Both the position numbers and the translations under genes were made by a program. From the human T2T-CHM13v2.0 reference genome, Homo sapiens, in the NCBI RefSeq assembly GCF_009914755.1, contig NC_060929.1: a DNA stretch of 64,000 bases; one strand, 5' to 3'. Under the pieces are notes generated by a model. The model was not told the DNA's origin. It searched no databases and saw nothing but the letters and a program-made list of their open reading frames with translations. Positions 13,882 through 26,560 of this stretch are shown in pieces (position 1 is the first letter of the stretch; every line of letters begins with the position of its first letter).

Positions 13882-15059
13882 GTGGAGTCAGAACCTCAGG
13901 CATCCAAGCGGTCCCTGTTCTTGGGGAAGGGGCGCCTAGCCCCATCAGCGGCTCTGTGATTTTAACGGGCTCTTCTTTCTTTCTAAGACGCACGCCTGGG
14001 CCACCTGACTCCACCCTCCACGCTTCTCCCTGGCAGGTCAAGCTCATGGCAGGCTCTCAACTGGGTGTCTGCACTCCTCTCTCCCAGGGGACTCTCGGTG
14101 ACTTTGCATCTGCAAGTCTTCTCAGATCTGGTGCCATAATTATCTTTTGAACCAGCAAACAACAACCCATCTCCTTTCTCCTGTGAGCACTGATCTGGTA
14201 TTGTGTCCTGTCCTCGGGCTGTTAGATGCCTGTGCCCTGTGTGCCTGACCCTCCCCCACATGCAGGTGGCCCGCTGGAGTCTTGGGTGGGCAATCTCCAA
14301 GGATCAGCCATGGGACTGCCGGAAGTGAGGTCTTAGATTCAGTAGATGGCACTCTTACCTCTGAATCAGCCGGCATCACTGTGGCTCTGCACAGGAACAC
14401 CTGAGAAAGAGGAGACAACCTTGTTACATTCTGAATTTACAGTAGCAGAAATTTTGAAAGTGTGTCCTCTTATAGTGGAAATTATAAGCTCTTTGCAAGC
14501 TCCCTAAAGAGGCCTGCCCCTATATCCTTTGACTAACAACCTCTGAAAAATATGCAAAAGTACTGAAAGAAGTGGAAGTGGTTTGGGCTATGAAATAGTT
14601 CTTCTAGGAAAAGAACTTCCAGAAGGTTCTTTAAAGTGGCCCAGTCTTCAGCACCAGCATCATTAACTTAACTTCTGTTCACACATATCTCATCTCCCGT
14701 CAGCCCATGTTTTGGATAGACGCTTCCCTGTAGATAGTCTGTCTATTATCAGGTAATGCTATCTGTCCTGTGTACTATTCATTATTTTTGTCTCATTACC
14801 GGACAGAAAATAATTATGACAAAAATAATCAATGGTATAAGATACAAACTAGATAGCCAATTTATTAAGTAGCTTTGACATCTTTGCCATCTGTTTGTTT
14901 TTCTGATTTTTTACTTCTTGAAGTCTTAAGCTGCAAGAATAAGACAAATTAAAACTTCAAGAAGGCCTCTTGCCATGAGGATGCACAAAAATGAAAATCA
15001 CCCCAATTCCATCAGGAAGCAGTACACTGTGAAGCTTGTGCTGGACTTCCTCCCGTGTT

Positions 15060-15435
15060 TTTAGTGAGGATTCCCATGGATGCAATGAGATAAATCAAAT
15101 TTGATTAGGCTGAAAGCAATAGGTGACTTTACGAAGGCAAATTTTGGACTCCCTCAGAGTTCAGAATGAGCACCATTCAGGGGCCATCTGGAGCCAGGAG
15201 ATGTGTGCTATCAGGACTTCCTCTCTCACCTGAGTGTCTGCAGATCTCTCTCTAGCGCATGTTGGAGAAGATGCCTAAGCCTCACAGAGCCCAAACTCAG
15301 AGCTCCCGATTTCCAAAGAACAGCCTCTCTGACTTGCATTTTCAATTCCCAGTGAAGGCTCTCCAGGGTCCAGGTGGGGTCATCTGACACACCAGAGGGC
15401 CAGTCATCTCTGCTGGGGCTCAGGACACACAGTGG
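15060..15435 (-). mobile_element. Old MLT1 (J/K-like) LTR
   Basis: TTAGTGAGGATTCCCATGGATGCAATGAGATAAATCAAATTTGATTAGGCT start, with internal TGGGGTCATCTGACAC and GGCCAGTCA; highly diverged. Confidence 0.45.
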
Positions 15436-15481
15436 CTCCCAAGCTACTAGAGAGAAGGGTTCAGTTCACAGAGGAAGCAGG

Positions 15482-15492
15482 TGTGTGTGTGC

Positions 15493-15526
<34 letters not shown>
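15482..15526. repeat. (TG)n microsatellite, interrupted
   Basis: Direct reading. Confidence 0.95.
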
Positions 15527-15530
<4 letters not shown>

Positions 15531-15800
15531 TAGGGAGGAGTTGAAAAAAGCAGAGAGAGAGAATATGGGCATAGAAATAAATTGGCGCCACTACACAGGT
15601 TATTTTTATAATTACGTAAAGAAATTGTCTTTTTAATAAAAGTGACATCTTAGGACAGTGCTTAAATCTCCATCGCATTTCTTAAACTACGATTTGTTAC
15701 ATTTAGTAATTCCTAGATTTAATAGATTTAATGATGATGCATGCTTGAATTATTTCCATTTTTCTCTAAAAATCTGATGGAGTTGCCAGGAATGGCGTAG

Positions 15801-16601
<801 letters not shown>

Positions 16602-16807
16602 TAGTGTGGAGAAACGTGGCAGGTCCTCTGCAAAAGCTCTTGGAATGAGTGGCTAAGGGAGCAGTGAGGTCTCCTCTTGCCTCTCCTCTAAGCTGAGCTG
16701 CACATTCTCTTGGGCCTTCCTTCCAGGAGGTGGTAAAGGAGAAGGGTCACTCCCATGGGATGGCTGGGAGCACTGGTCCCCGGAGAGGGCTTGGAGATGT
16801 GTGTGTG

Positions 16808-17009
16808 CTTCCTCTGTCTCTCTCTCTCTGTCTTCCTCTGTGACTCTCTCTGTCTCTCTTTGTCTCTCTGTTTCTCCATATCTCTCTGTTTCTCTCTGTC
16901 CCTCTCTCTCTTTCTCTTTGTTTCTATCTCCCTCTGTCTCTCTCTGTCTCTATGTGTCTCTCTGTCTCTGTCTCTCTTTATGTCTTTCTCTGTCTTTCTC
17001 ACATTTTTC
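16808..17009. repeat. Degenerate (TC)n/(TCTCTG)n tract
   Basis: Direct reading. Confidence 0.9.
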
Positions 17010-17618
17010 AGCCTTTGTTTTGCGCCCTGCCTGGCACGGTGTTCTTGTCCTCCCCAAGCGCTGCCACAGGCATGCGTGTGCATGACAGCGTTTGGGCCTG
17101 CTTCCTTCTTCTGAAGTCCTTCCTGGCTCTGATGTGCTAGAGAGTCATTGTGCTCTTGCACGTGCCCCTGCTGTGGGCGTCCAGGTCTCCATGAGTCCGT
17201 GACAGCTGCTGAACTGGGTTCTGCCCACAGTCCCTGGGCAGGGGTATGCTTGTCTCTAGGACTGAAGTCCAGAAGAGGGGCCGCTGGGCACAGGGCTGCA
17301 CAGGTGGAAACTGGGAGGGTCCCAGCAGTGGAGCACAAAGAGCTGGATCAGCATAGGCACCCACTGATGCCACCTGGCTGTGTAATTCCCACTGAGCCCT
17401 CCCCAACAGGGATGTGATCAGATTTGGAAACCTTTATTTATATTGGTCTTGGTCCAACCCTTTCCTATTTCTTCTGGGTCTGGGACCTGTTCCCTGAGGC
17501 TGTCTTTGTCCACACACTGTTTTTCAACTCTCTCTTCTGTGCTGGCTTGTTTCTTTCACCATCTACACATGCTGACTTATTTTACTTGTCTCTCCTACAC
17601 ATGGGAAGTAAACTCGCA

Positions 17619-17781
17619 AATACATACTCATGCACACACTCATTTACACACTTTCATGCATGCCCACACACATGTACACACACAAGCTCATGCACACAAG
17701 CACGCACACACACACTCATGCACACACTAATTTACACATGTGCATGCATGCCCACACTCATGCACACACGCACACACATGC
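17619..17781. repeat. Degenerate (CA)n/(CATG) tract
   Basis: Direct reading. Confidence 0.9.
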
Positions 17782-17879
17782 ACTGTCGTTTGCCTGTGTG
17801 AAATGTTTTTCTTCTCTGTGAACTGCTTGTTCCTGAACATTCCATCTTCATGCAGGGTCCCCGCCCCTGCCAACCAGCT

Positions 17880-18715
17880 GACATGTTTTACAAAGGTCAC
17901 CCCTGACTTCCTGATTGCCAAAGCTAATGGGAATTTTGGAAAATTCTACTTTCATTGTCAATGTTTGTCACTTACTGTGGAAACTCTTGCAGTTCTGTCT
18001 GTCTTTCTATTCTGCGGCTCCACCTGTTCCTGTTCCACTCTCTCTCTCCTCTCCTGGCCCTTCTCAAACTCTTCACAGTTGGGTTCCTCTGTGGAGACTG
18101 CACCCTCCCGTTTCCTCAGGGGCTCCCATGGCTGCTGTGGCCTCTGCTTCCACCTGCACAGCCCCGCAGTGTCACTGCCCAGCATCCCGCAGCAGCCTGG
18201 TGACATGAGGCATCCTTCCACTGTCCTTTCCATCTGTGGTGCTGCCTTGTTCTACCCACTGCCCGGTGGATGCCAGGGTCCATCTCGCCCATCCTGTCTC
18301 CCAGACTCTCCGTCTAGACAGGCTACTTTGTGTAACCCTGTCTTGTCTCCCCTAACTGAACTTCTTTCTCCCTGCAGTGCCTTCTCAGCCAGAAGGAGCT
18401 CCCGAACCCCAGCTCCGCTAATGTCCATCATGCCTCCACTAAAATGCACTTGGACTCCTCCCCAGGCGCTTTCCATGACACACCCAGATCGGCCGCATCT
18501 CCCCCTCTGCTCCCTGGTCTGGCCTCCTCTGCACCCCATGGAGCCATGTTCGCTGCTCATGCCTCTTACTCTTCACTTACGCTTTGTTCACCTGTGTCTC
18601 CCTTCTCTGGGTGAGTTTCCTTATGCAGGTCTCTGTGCATGTTCATTCTCACATCTCACTTGCCAATGTGAATGGGCTGTCCCCATTCATTATTTGTTGA
18701 ATGAGGGAATAAACC
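17880..18715 (+). mobile_element. L2 fragment(s): RT region to 3' tail
   Basis: CAAAGGTCACCCCTGACTTCCTGATTGCCAAAGCTAATGG translates as KVTPDFLIAKANG (cf. L2/CR1 RT KVTNDLLxAxxxG). Ends TATTTGTTGAATGAGGGAAT, like an L2 tail. Confidence 0.6.
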
Positions 18716-18918
18716 AAGAACTTGGTCAATTGATGAATCGAAAGATTCAGGCAGAGAGAGAGTGGAGATCCATTTCTAAGGGAGCTAAGCAGGAGAAGGT
18801 GAAAGCCAGTGCAAAGGGTCGATTTAAGGAAGAGATTCAGAACAAGCTGCCCTAAGTGTTAAAATATTGCAGAAACATTATCTAAATGCAATTCATTGGC
18901 TTTAAAAAAATGGAAGTT

Positions 18919-18998
18919 GTGTTCATTTTCTATTGCTGCAGTAACAAATCACCATACACTTAGTGACTGACAGAAGCAGACATTTATCACTGTACAGT
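18919..18998 (-). mobile_element. MLT1 LTR 3'-end fragment
   Basis: TGTGTTCATTTTCTATTGCTGCAGTAACAAATCACCATACACTTAGTGACT is the typical antisense MLT1 terminus. Confidence 0.65.
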
Positions 18999-19119
18999 AG
19001 ACTGGGTCTTCTGATCCAGGAATCCTTGGATTCCTCCCTGAGCCTATCCCTGGGCCGTTATCCAAGTGAGACATTGATTTTGTCTCCTGGACATGGACTG
19101 GCACCTCTTCAGAGAAAGT

Positions 19120-19197
19120 GGTGAGGGGTAGGTGCTCTTATCTATTTTTACAGAGGAGAAAGCTTGAGGTTGAAAGATTAGGTGTTTTGTTCAAGGG
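19120..19197 (-). mobile_element. MIR core fragment
   Basis: GTAGGTGCTCTTATCTATTTTTACAGAGGAGAAAGCTTGAGG resembles the MIR core ATTTTACAGATGAGGAAACTGAGG. Confidence 0.55.
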
Positions 19198-19250
19198 CTT
19201 GCTTTATCCTGGGCCCAGAATAGTGTCTGATGTACATGAAATGTACACTA

Positions 19251-20807
19251 TGATGGATGGATGGATGGATGGATGGATGGATGGATGGATGGTTGAATAT
19301 ATGGGTGGAGGGTTGGGTGGACGGATAGGTGGAAGGATGAGTGGATGGACAGATAGATGAACAGGTAGATGAGTGGATGGATGGATGGATGATTAAGTGG
19401 ATGGATGAATGAGTGGTTGGGTGGATGGGTGGTTGGGTAGACGGGTGCATGGATGACTGGGTGAGTGGGTGGATGGATGGATGGATAGATGGATAGACAG
19501 GTGAATGGGTGAGTGTGTCTATGTATGTATGGGTGGATGTGTGTATGAATGTATGGGTGGATGGGAGGTGGGTGTATAGAAGTTTGGGTGGATGGATGGG
19601 TTGATGGGTGGATAGATGGATGGATGGGTAGATGGGTGGATGGGTGGACGAGTGGATGGATGGAGGGATGGATGAATGGATGGATGGATAAAAATATGGA
19701 TGGTTGGGTGAACAGATAAATGGATGGGTGAGTGGATTGACAGATGGATAGATGAACAGGTGGGTGAATGTGTGGATGGATGGACGGATGGGTGGTTGAG
19801 TGGATGGATGGCTGGGTGGATGGGTAGATAGATACTTGGGTAGATGGGTGAATGGGTGGATGGGTGGATGAACAGACAGACAGATGGATGGATGGATGGA
19901 TGGATGGATGGATGGATGGATGGATGGATGAATGGATGGATGGTTTGGGTGGATGGATGGTTGGGTGGATGGGTGAATGGATGGGTGGTTGGGTGGATGG
20001 ATACATGAACAGATGGACTGTTGGGTGGATGGCTGATTGGGTAGATGGTTGGTTAGACAGGTGGATGGATGTTTGGGTGAATGGGTGGATGGATGAATGT
20101 ATGGGTGGAGGGATGGGTGGATGGATGGACGGATGGATGGATGGAGGGATAGATGGACAGATGAGTGGATAGATGGATGAATGGGTGGATAGGTAGATGG
20201 ACAGACAGATAGGTAAATGGGTGGATGGATGGATAGATGGATGGATGGATGGATGGATGGATGGATGGATGGTTGGATGGATGGATAGATGGATGGATGG
20301 ATGGATGGATGGATGGATGGATGGATGGATGGATGGATGAGTGGATGGGTAGACGGGTGAATGCATGGATAGATGGGTGGGTGGAGAGATGGATAAATGA
20401 ACAGGTTGGTGGATGGGTGGATGGATAGACAGGTGAATGGGTGGGTGGATAGGTGGTGGGGTGGATGGATGGTTGGGTGGATGGGCAGATATATTGGTGG
20501 TTGTATGGATAGGTGGATGGGCAGATATATTGGTGGGTGTATGGCTAGGTGGATGGGCAGATGGATAGATGACTGGATGGATGGATGGATGGATGGATGG
20601 ATGGATGGATGGGTGGATGGTTGGGTGGACGGGTTGATAGATGAGTGGGTGGGTGATTGGGTGGGTGGATGGGTGGATGAATGGATGAGTGAATGGGTTC
20701 TTGTGTGGATGGATGCATGAACCAATGGATAAGTGGGTGGATGAGTCAATGGATGGGTGGATGAGTGTTAGGTGGATTGGTAGATAGATGGATGGATGGA
20801 TGAATGG
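19251..20807. repeat. About 1.55-kb degenerate (TGGA)n/(TGGG)/(TAGA) array
   Basis: Direct reading; pure GGAT runs interspersed with GGGT, GAAT and AGAT variants. Confidence 0.98.
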
Positions 20808-21419
20808 CTCAAGTATTCTTAGTAAAAACTTAAAGTAACCCTAGATGTCCTGGTTTTCCCTTCCATACCACACCTCCTCATGGGTCCTAGAGGGAACTCA
20901 GGACTGGTCAGCATCCCTGTGCTGCTTTACTGAACAGGCGCTGGTTCTGGGTGCTGGAGATGCAGCTGGGAACCACAGTGTTTTCTCTCTGGGATCTCTT
21001 ATTTTTGTCTCCTCTCAGTTCTTTCTACTCTAGGCTCTCCCTCTCCCCATGCACTGCCTTAAAGTGGAAATCACTTGTCGGCTCATGCACAACTCTGGTT
21101 TGAAGGAGTCTCTATCTGGGAACAGCTATCGCCCACCAGAAATGCTCTGGGCAGCCAAGGCAAGCCAGCCTCTCAAGGGCAAGAACCTTGTCCTCCTTTA
21201 CTGGACGAGACCCGGCATGTCACCCCAGCGCACCTGGTGCCTTCCTGAGAGCCTGTGTTGGGGAAAACACAGAAGCCTTGTGTGGGTTGCTGGAAAGTAG
21301 CTTCTGTGCTTATTCTCATTCTCTGCACAAAATTTAACTTTCTTCCCAGTTGGTGGTTGGAGTCATCAGAGCCATTTGGCAGATAGTGTCTCCCACGTAG
21401 GGATGTAGGACCCACTTGG

Positions 21420-21570
21420 AGCAGTGGCCAGGAGCACATCCCGTGGACTCAGGTTGGGTCCTGGCTCTATTGGCCATGCAGCATGAGCAAGAAGCCTCAG
21501 TTTGCTCACCTGCAGATAGAGGAACAGGTGCCGGTACACGGTTACTGTGAAAGCAAAAGGAGACATGGAT
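21420..21570 (+). mobile_element. MIR fragment
   Basis: GCCTCAGTTTGCTCACCTGCAGATAGAGGA resembles the MIR core GCCTCAGTTTCCTCATCTGTAAAATGGG. Confidence 0.55.
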
Positions 21571-22359
21571 GAAGTCTTATTTCCTCTCCTTTCACTTCAG
21601 GTCACATGTGTATTTTTACTTTTGCTATTTGGGGAGTGGAGGAAGAGAGGTAACATGTGCATGCCTGAGTGAATGTAGGTGTGTTCCCTTGTGTGTGAGG
21701 TGAGGGTCAGGGCATGATGCCTGGACATGGGAACCCATCACAGCCATGCATAGGTGGTGGAGAGTGGAGGGCTTCGGAGTTAAGGCCTGGGCTGCAGGTG
21801 TGCTTCCTGCTCTCACTGCTGCCTGTCCCTGCCTCTGCTTTCCTCACCTTCTGAGAACAAACCAGGGCAAAGTGATGGCTGGAGTAAATGCTCTGGTCAA
21901 TCCTGAGTGAACTGGGCCCTGGCATGTCCTCCGTGTAAACTTTCTCAAAGAGCCCTCTCCACCCACACACTCAGGAAAGGTGAATTTCTGTCGTGCCTGC
22001 ATCCCCATCATTCGGGATCTGGTGTCACCCCCTCTGGCCCCCTGTGCCTCCTATGTGTGCCATTCTGGGCCATCTCCGTCCTTTCAGGGGCTGCTGGAGG
22101 GAGTGGTGGTCCCCGCTCATGTGGTGAAGAACTTCAGAAGCAGAAACCCAACTCCAGTCCTGCAGAACCAGAGAGGAAGTTTGGGACAATCAGGCCTTGA
22201 CACCTCCTGAGACGTAGGGCTCATGCCTGGGCCACATTGGGCCCCTAAAGAAGAGCATGCGGTGGCCATCCCAGAAGGAGCAATCTGGGTTGGCTCCTGA
22301 GCACAGCATGGATTTCTCTTCCTCATCTGCACCCATCCTCCCAAGGGCAGAATTCTCAG

Positions 22360-22925
22360 GTGGCCCCAGTGCCCCAGGCTTTGTGCAGCTGCGGCCTTTG
22401 GAGGAAGGTGGAAGCTGTGACTGTGACCAGCGCCGTCCTCACGATTGTACTGGGCCACATGGAAAGGAAAGGCCCTGGGTGGGCCTGGCCTCATCAGGTG
22501 AGCCCTCGCAAAGCAGAGTTTTCCCCAGCTGGGGTATGAAAAGTAAGGAAGATAGACTAGGTAGGGCTGGCCTGACAGCGAGCACCTGCCCTATGGGCCA
22601 CCTGTAGGGACCACAGGGAGGGGGCCTCAGAGGACTTCTAGGACCTAATTGTGGTTCCCAGGTGAAGCATGGCAAGAAAATGGAGACTTCAGTCCCACAA
22701 CTTTAAAGAAGTGAACCTGCCAACAGCCAGTGAGCCTGAAAGAGCACCCCCCGCCACAGCTGTGAACGGCACCCCTGGCTGACACCTTGATCTAAACCCA
22801 TAGAGAAGCTGAGCAGAAAATCGGGCCACACCGTGCCCAGACTTCTGACCCGCCGAACAGCCAGGTTATGAACACACGCTGTTTGAACCTGCTGTTTTTT
22901 ATCACTTATTACTCAGCCATAGTGG
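22360..22925 (+). mobile_element. MLT1E-type MaLR LTR
   Basis: GGGTGGGCCTGGCCTCATCAGGTGAGCCCT, GCAAGAAAATGGAGACTTCAGTCCCACAAC, CTGGCTGACACCTTGAT, GCTGAGCAGAAAATC, GCCCAGACTTCTGACC. 5' boundary approximate. Confidence 0.75.
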
Positions 22926-24549
22926 ATATTCTGGCTCTGAGTCTAGCCAGAATCCTAGAGATATCCCAAGGAACCTGGATTTAAGTATTTTGCAGATGGA
23001 TGGGGTAATCCACCTGGCATTCTCTAACCTATGGCAGAGTAAGATTGGTCTTTTGGAAGCCTAATAATCCAAAATAATCAGCACACTGTTCCATTTAGTG
23101 TTCTCTTTTGGTGACTTGTTTTAAAACGTAATAAAAATCCTAAAAGGATGAATGAGTTCATATGAGTTTTTTGTTTTAAGATATCCAATAAGACGGCACA
23201 AAAATAATTAACATTAGAGGATACTGTGATTGCATGTAAGGCTTAGAACTACCTGTATTTTAACACTTTGAACACTGGACTTGCTGGATGGAATTCTGAA
23301 GGTATGTGGTACAACTAAATTCTCTAAATCTATTTACAGCTGGAACCCAGCAAGTGCACAGGGAAAGGACCCGGGTGGTGTGCCCCAGCCTTGGGGAGGC
23401 CATCCCGATGGCAGAGGACTCAGCGGTCTTCCCTTCGCCGCACCTGCCGTCTCTTCTGCTTGCTTTGCTATTTCACAAGAGCACTTATGAATGCACCTAT
23501 TGAGAGAAAAGTGACCCTTTGATTTGCATTTATTATGTCTTTTACTAGGGACTTTTTCCTTTTGGTCACGGAAATAAAATATTAATTATTCCTCTGTGAG
23601 GATGTTCTGTGTGTGCCTGAGTTTTGGTGGCATCTTTCCTAGTTAACATTTGACCCACAGTCCATCAACATTAGCCCTGTCTGTCCAACACTTCTGTGAG
23701 CAGCCACAGCAGGTGACAGGAAGGGAAGAAAAGGCCTCCGCAAAGAGGAGTTCAGATACAGTGGCGTTCTCAGCGATGGTTCCAAGATGCCACTGCCAGA
23801 AAACAATGGACATGCCATTTGACCCAAACAGGACAAAGGGAGAACAAATGTGTTTTACTCAATGCAATGAAAAAATAGGATACAATTTGATGTCCTTAAT
23901 TTGGTGGCGCCTGAAGATAGAGCGAGTTCTCTTTGGAAAACGTGGTGTAGGGTACTCATCACCAACCCGGGTGGAGTGATGAGCGTGCCTCTGTGTACAC
24001 TTGGGTGGGGCTGTCTAATTCATGTAATGTGGCTCAATCGGGCTCCCTTGATTTGCTGCCAGCAATATTCTCATTTCCGTTCTGAGCTCACACTCAGCAG
24101 AGACTTACCTATTTTATTAAGCTGGTTCATAGGGATTTGACTGCACAAAAACATTTAAGTGCTTTCAACTCTTCAAGGTCCCTCTCTCCATCTGTCTTTG
24201 ACATACATATTCTATTTAGAATATGGGGTGATAGCCAGTCTGTTTTGGCCAGGCATGTCTGAATAAGCCACACCTTTCCAAATTTACATTCTAATATTGT
24301 GCATTATCTCCATCTAGCTCTGATGACAGAAGCAGACGTGGTTTCCACAGCAAGCATGACTTCAAGTTCTTCCTGTTTCTTAATTGGGCTTCAATTTGTT
24401 CTCAGTGCCAAATTTCCAAAGCTCCTACATTCTTTACTCACCGTTTTTGTCTTTCTATCAATCAGCTATTTCCCAGACTTAATCGAATGCTGATAAAGGG
24501 TGCAGAGTTTTGTGTCATGCGCTGTTAGGAGACACAGGTGAGGGAGGGC

Positions 24550-24600
<51 letters not shown>
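24550..24600. repeat. (GA)n microsatellite
   Basis: About 22 uninterrupted GA units after GAGACA. Confidence 0.97.
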
Positions 24601-24604
<4 letters not shown>

Positions 24605-25289
24605 TTGCTCCTGTTGAGATAGGATACAAGGCCTGCCCATGATCACAAAACTTTATTTTGTACAGCATAATGGTAAAAGAACTGACAAGGCACAACAGAT
24701 GACAGTGTAAATGAATTAGCAATTGTAAGACACCAGAGAGCCACAGTGACTTTCTACGAGGCATTTCCAAAAGTCTAAACATTTCCTAAACAACGATAGG
24801 CAAAACTAGTGAATAGAAAACTCCCCCATCAAACTGCAGGGCAAACTCAGACACCTGATCTTGTCTTTTAACCAGTTGATGAACGCCAATTTATGAAGAC
24901 GTTCACAGCCTCAGCCACTGATGGCACTGCAAGTCACCTAACTGGGTTTGGTGGAAACTCTGCCCTAGAGATGGTCCCAGTGTGTCCTGGCTGCCATGAA
25001 GCCCATGGCCTGTGACACCAAGATGCTTGGGCAATGGACTTGGGGGATGCGGCTGCTTTCCCCAGGGCTCCCCAGATTGCCTGGGACCAGGGCCATGGGG
25101 AAGGCACAGGGCCAACAGATCATTATAGCAATTCAAACCGTGCATTGTGACTTGCTTTTTGTAAATGGTGATACCTATTTCCAAAAGTTCCTTTGAGGAA
25201 AGCACAGATGCAGGTGTGTAATATGGGTGGTGCCTTCCATGGACAACGCAGGGAAATTCTGCAATCAGTGACTTAAGAATAACTATGCC

Positions 25290-25604
<315 letters not shown>

Positions 25605-25999
25605 TCACCCACTAAGCCAGTGATTCCCAACTTCAACAAGCAAGCCAGTCGGGAAGAAAGCCCAGGAAGGTTCTGACCCAGGAGGGGTGGTCTGGGAGCC
25701 AAGAACCCACCTTTCTCAGTCACCAGGCAGTGCTGCGGCAGCTTACCTGGGAAGCACTTTGAATGCCACCGTCCATAGAATGGGCCTAGTGCCCCGGTGT
25801 CCCCTTCACACATCCTGTGAAAATCCCGGGGGTCCCGGACATTCTGACTTTCTCCATTCCCCACACCTCCCTTTCCCCAGTGAAAAAATCCCTGCTGAGC
25901 TCTGGGCACTGGAACTGAGGCAGGGACGTGAGGTCTCTGTGGTTCCCGTGTCCTGGAGGCTGGGCGGCTCACATCAGACCAGCAAAGGAGCTGCAGCAG

Positions 26000-26560
26000 C
26001 ACAGCACAGCTGAGGCTCTGCAGACAGGAGGGGGCCTCAGGGGAGTCACCGAGGGGGTTGCAGAGAAGGGTGCCAGGCCCTGACAGATGAGGCAGGGAGC
26101 ACAGGCGAGGGAGGGCAGAAACCTTGGAAGGTAGAAGAAGGCGTCGACCCCTGAGAGACCCGTGCTGGGAGCTGAGGCCCCAGCAGAGCCCATGTGGGTG
26201 ACCCAGTGAGAGCAGAGGGTGGCGATGGGGCCTGAGGGGTCCCAGGGAGGAGCGCAGGGCTTATCCTGAGGTCCAGGGAGGTTGCGATGAATTTGAAGCA
26301 GCCTCGTGACGTGAACGTTCTTCAAAGGTCCCTCCAGAGGATGGTAGCGAGTCGCTGGAGGGGCAGAGTGGACGTGGAAGGATGGTCCAGGGGCTGCCCC
26401 AGGTAGGAGATGGCAGCTTGGACAGAGGGGAGGCTGTGCAGGTGAGAGGAGCAGGTCATTTGAGAGGCTATTCCAGCTAAAACCTTGGGAATGCTGTTGG
26501 GTTGGATATTGGGAATGCGTCAGGGGAAAGGAGGAAAAGGAAGGAGCTTCAGGCTTGAGC
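26000..26560 (-). mobile_element. L2 fragment
   Basis: Degenerate antisense-L2 pattern (GGGCTTATCCTGAGG, AATTTGAAGCAG, CCAGGTAGGAGATGGCAGCTTGGACAGAGG, GGGTTGGATATTGGG). Confidence 0.45.

Noticed and set aside
19178-20749. 523-aa and 372-aa His/Pro/Ser/Ile ORFs (minus) and MDGW-repeat ORFs (plus)
   Set aside because: These are translations of the (TGGA)n array; the repeat simply lacks stop codons in these frames.
19251-20807. Satellite II/III (GGAAT)n or SCA31-type (TGGAA)n
   Set aside because: The period is 4 (TGGA), not 5, and the array is short and in euchromatic repeat context.
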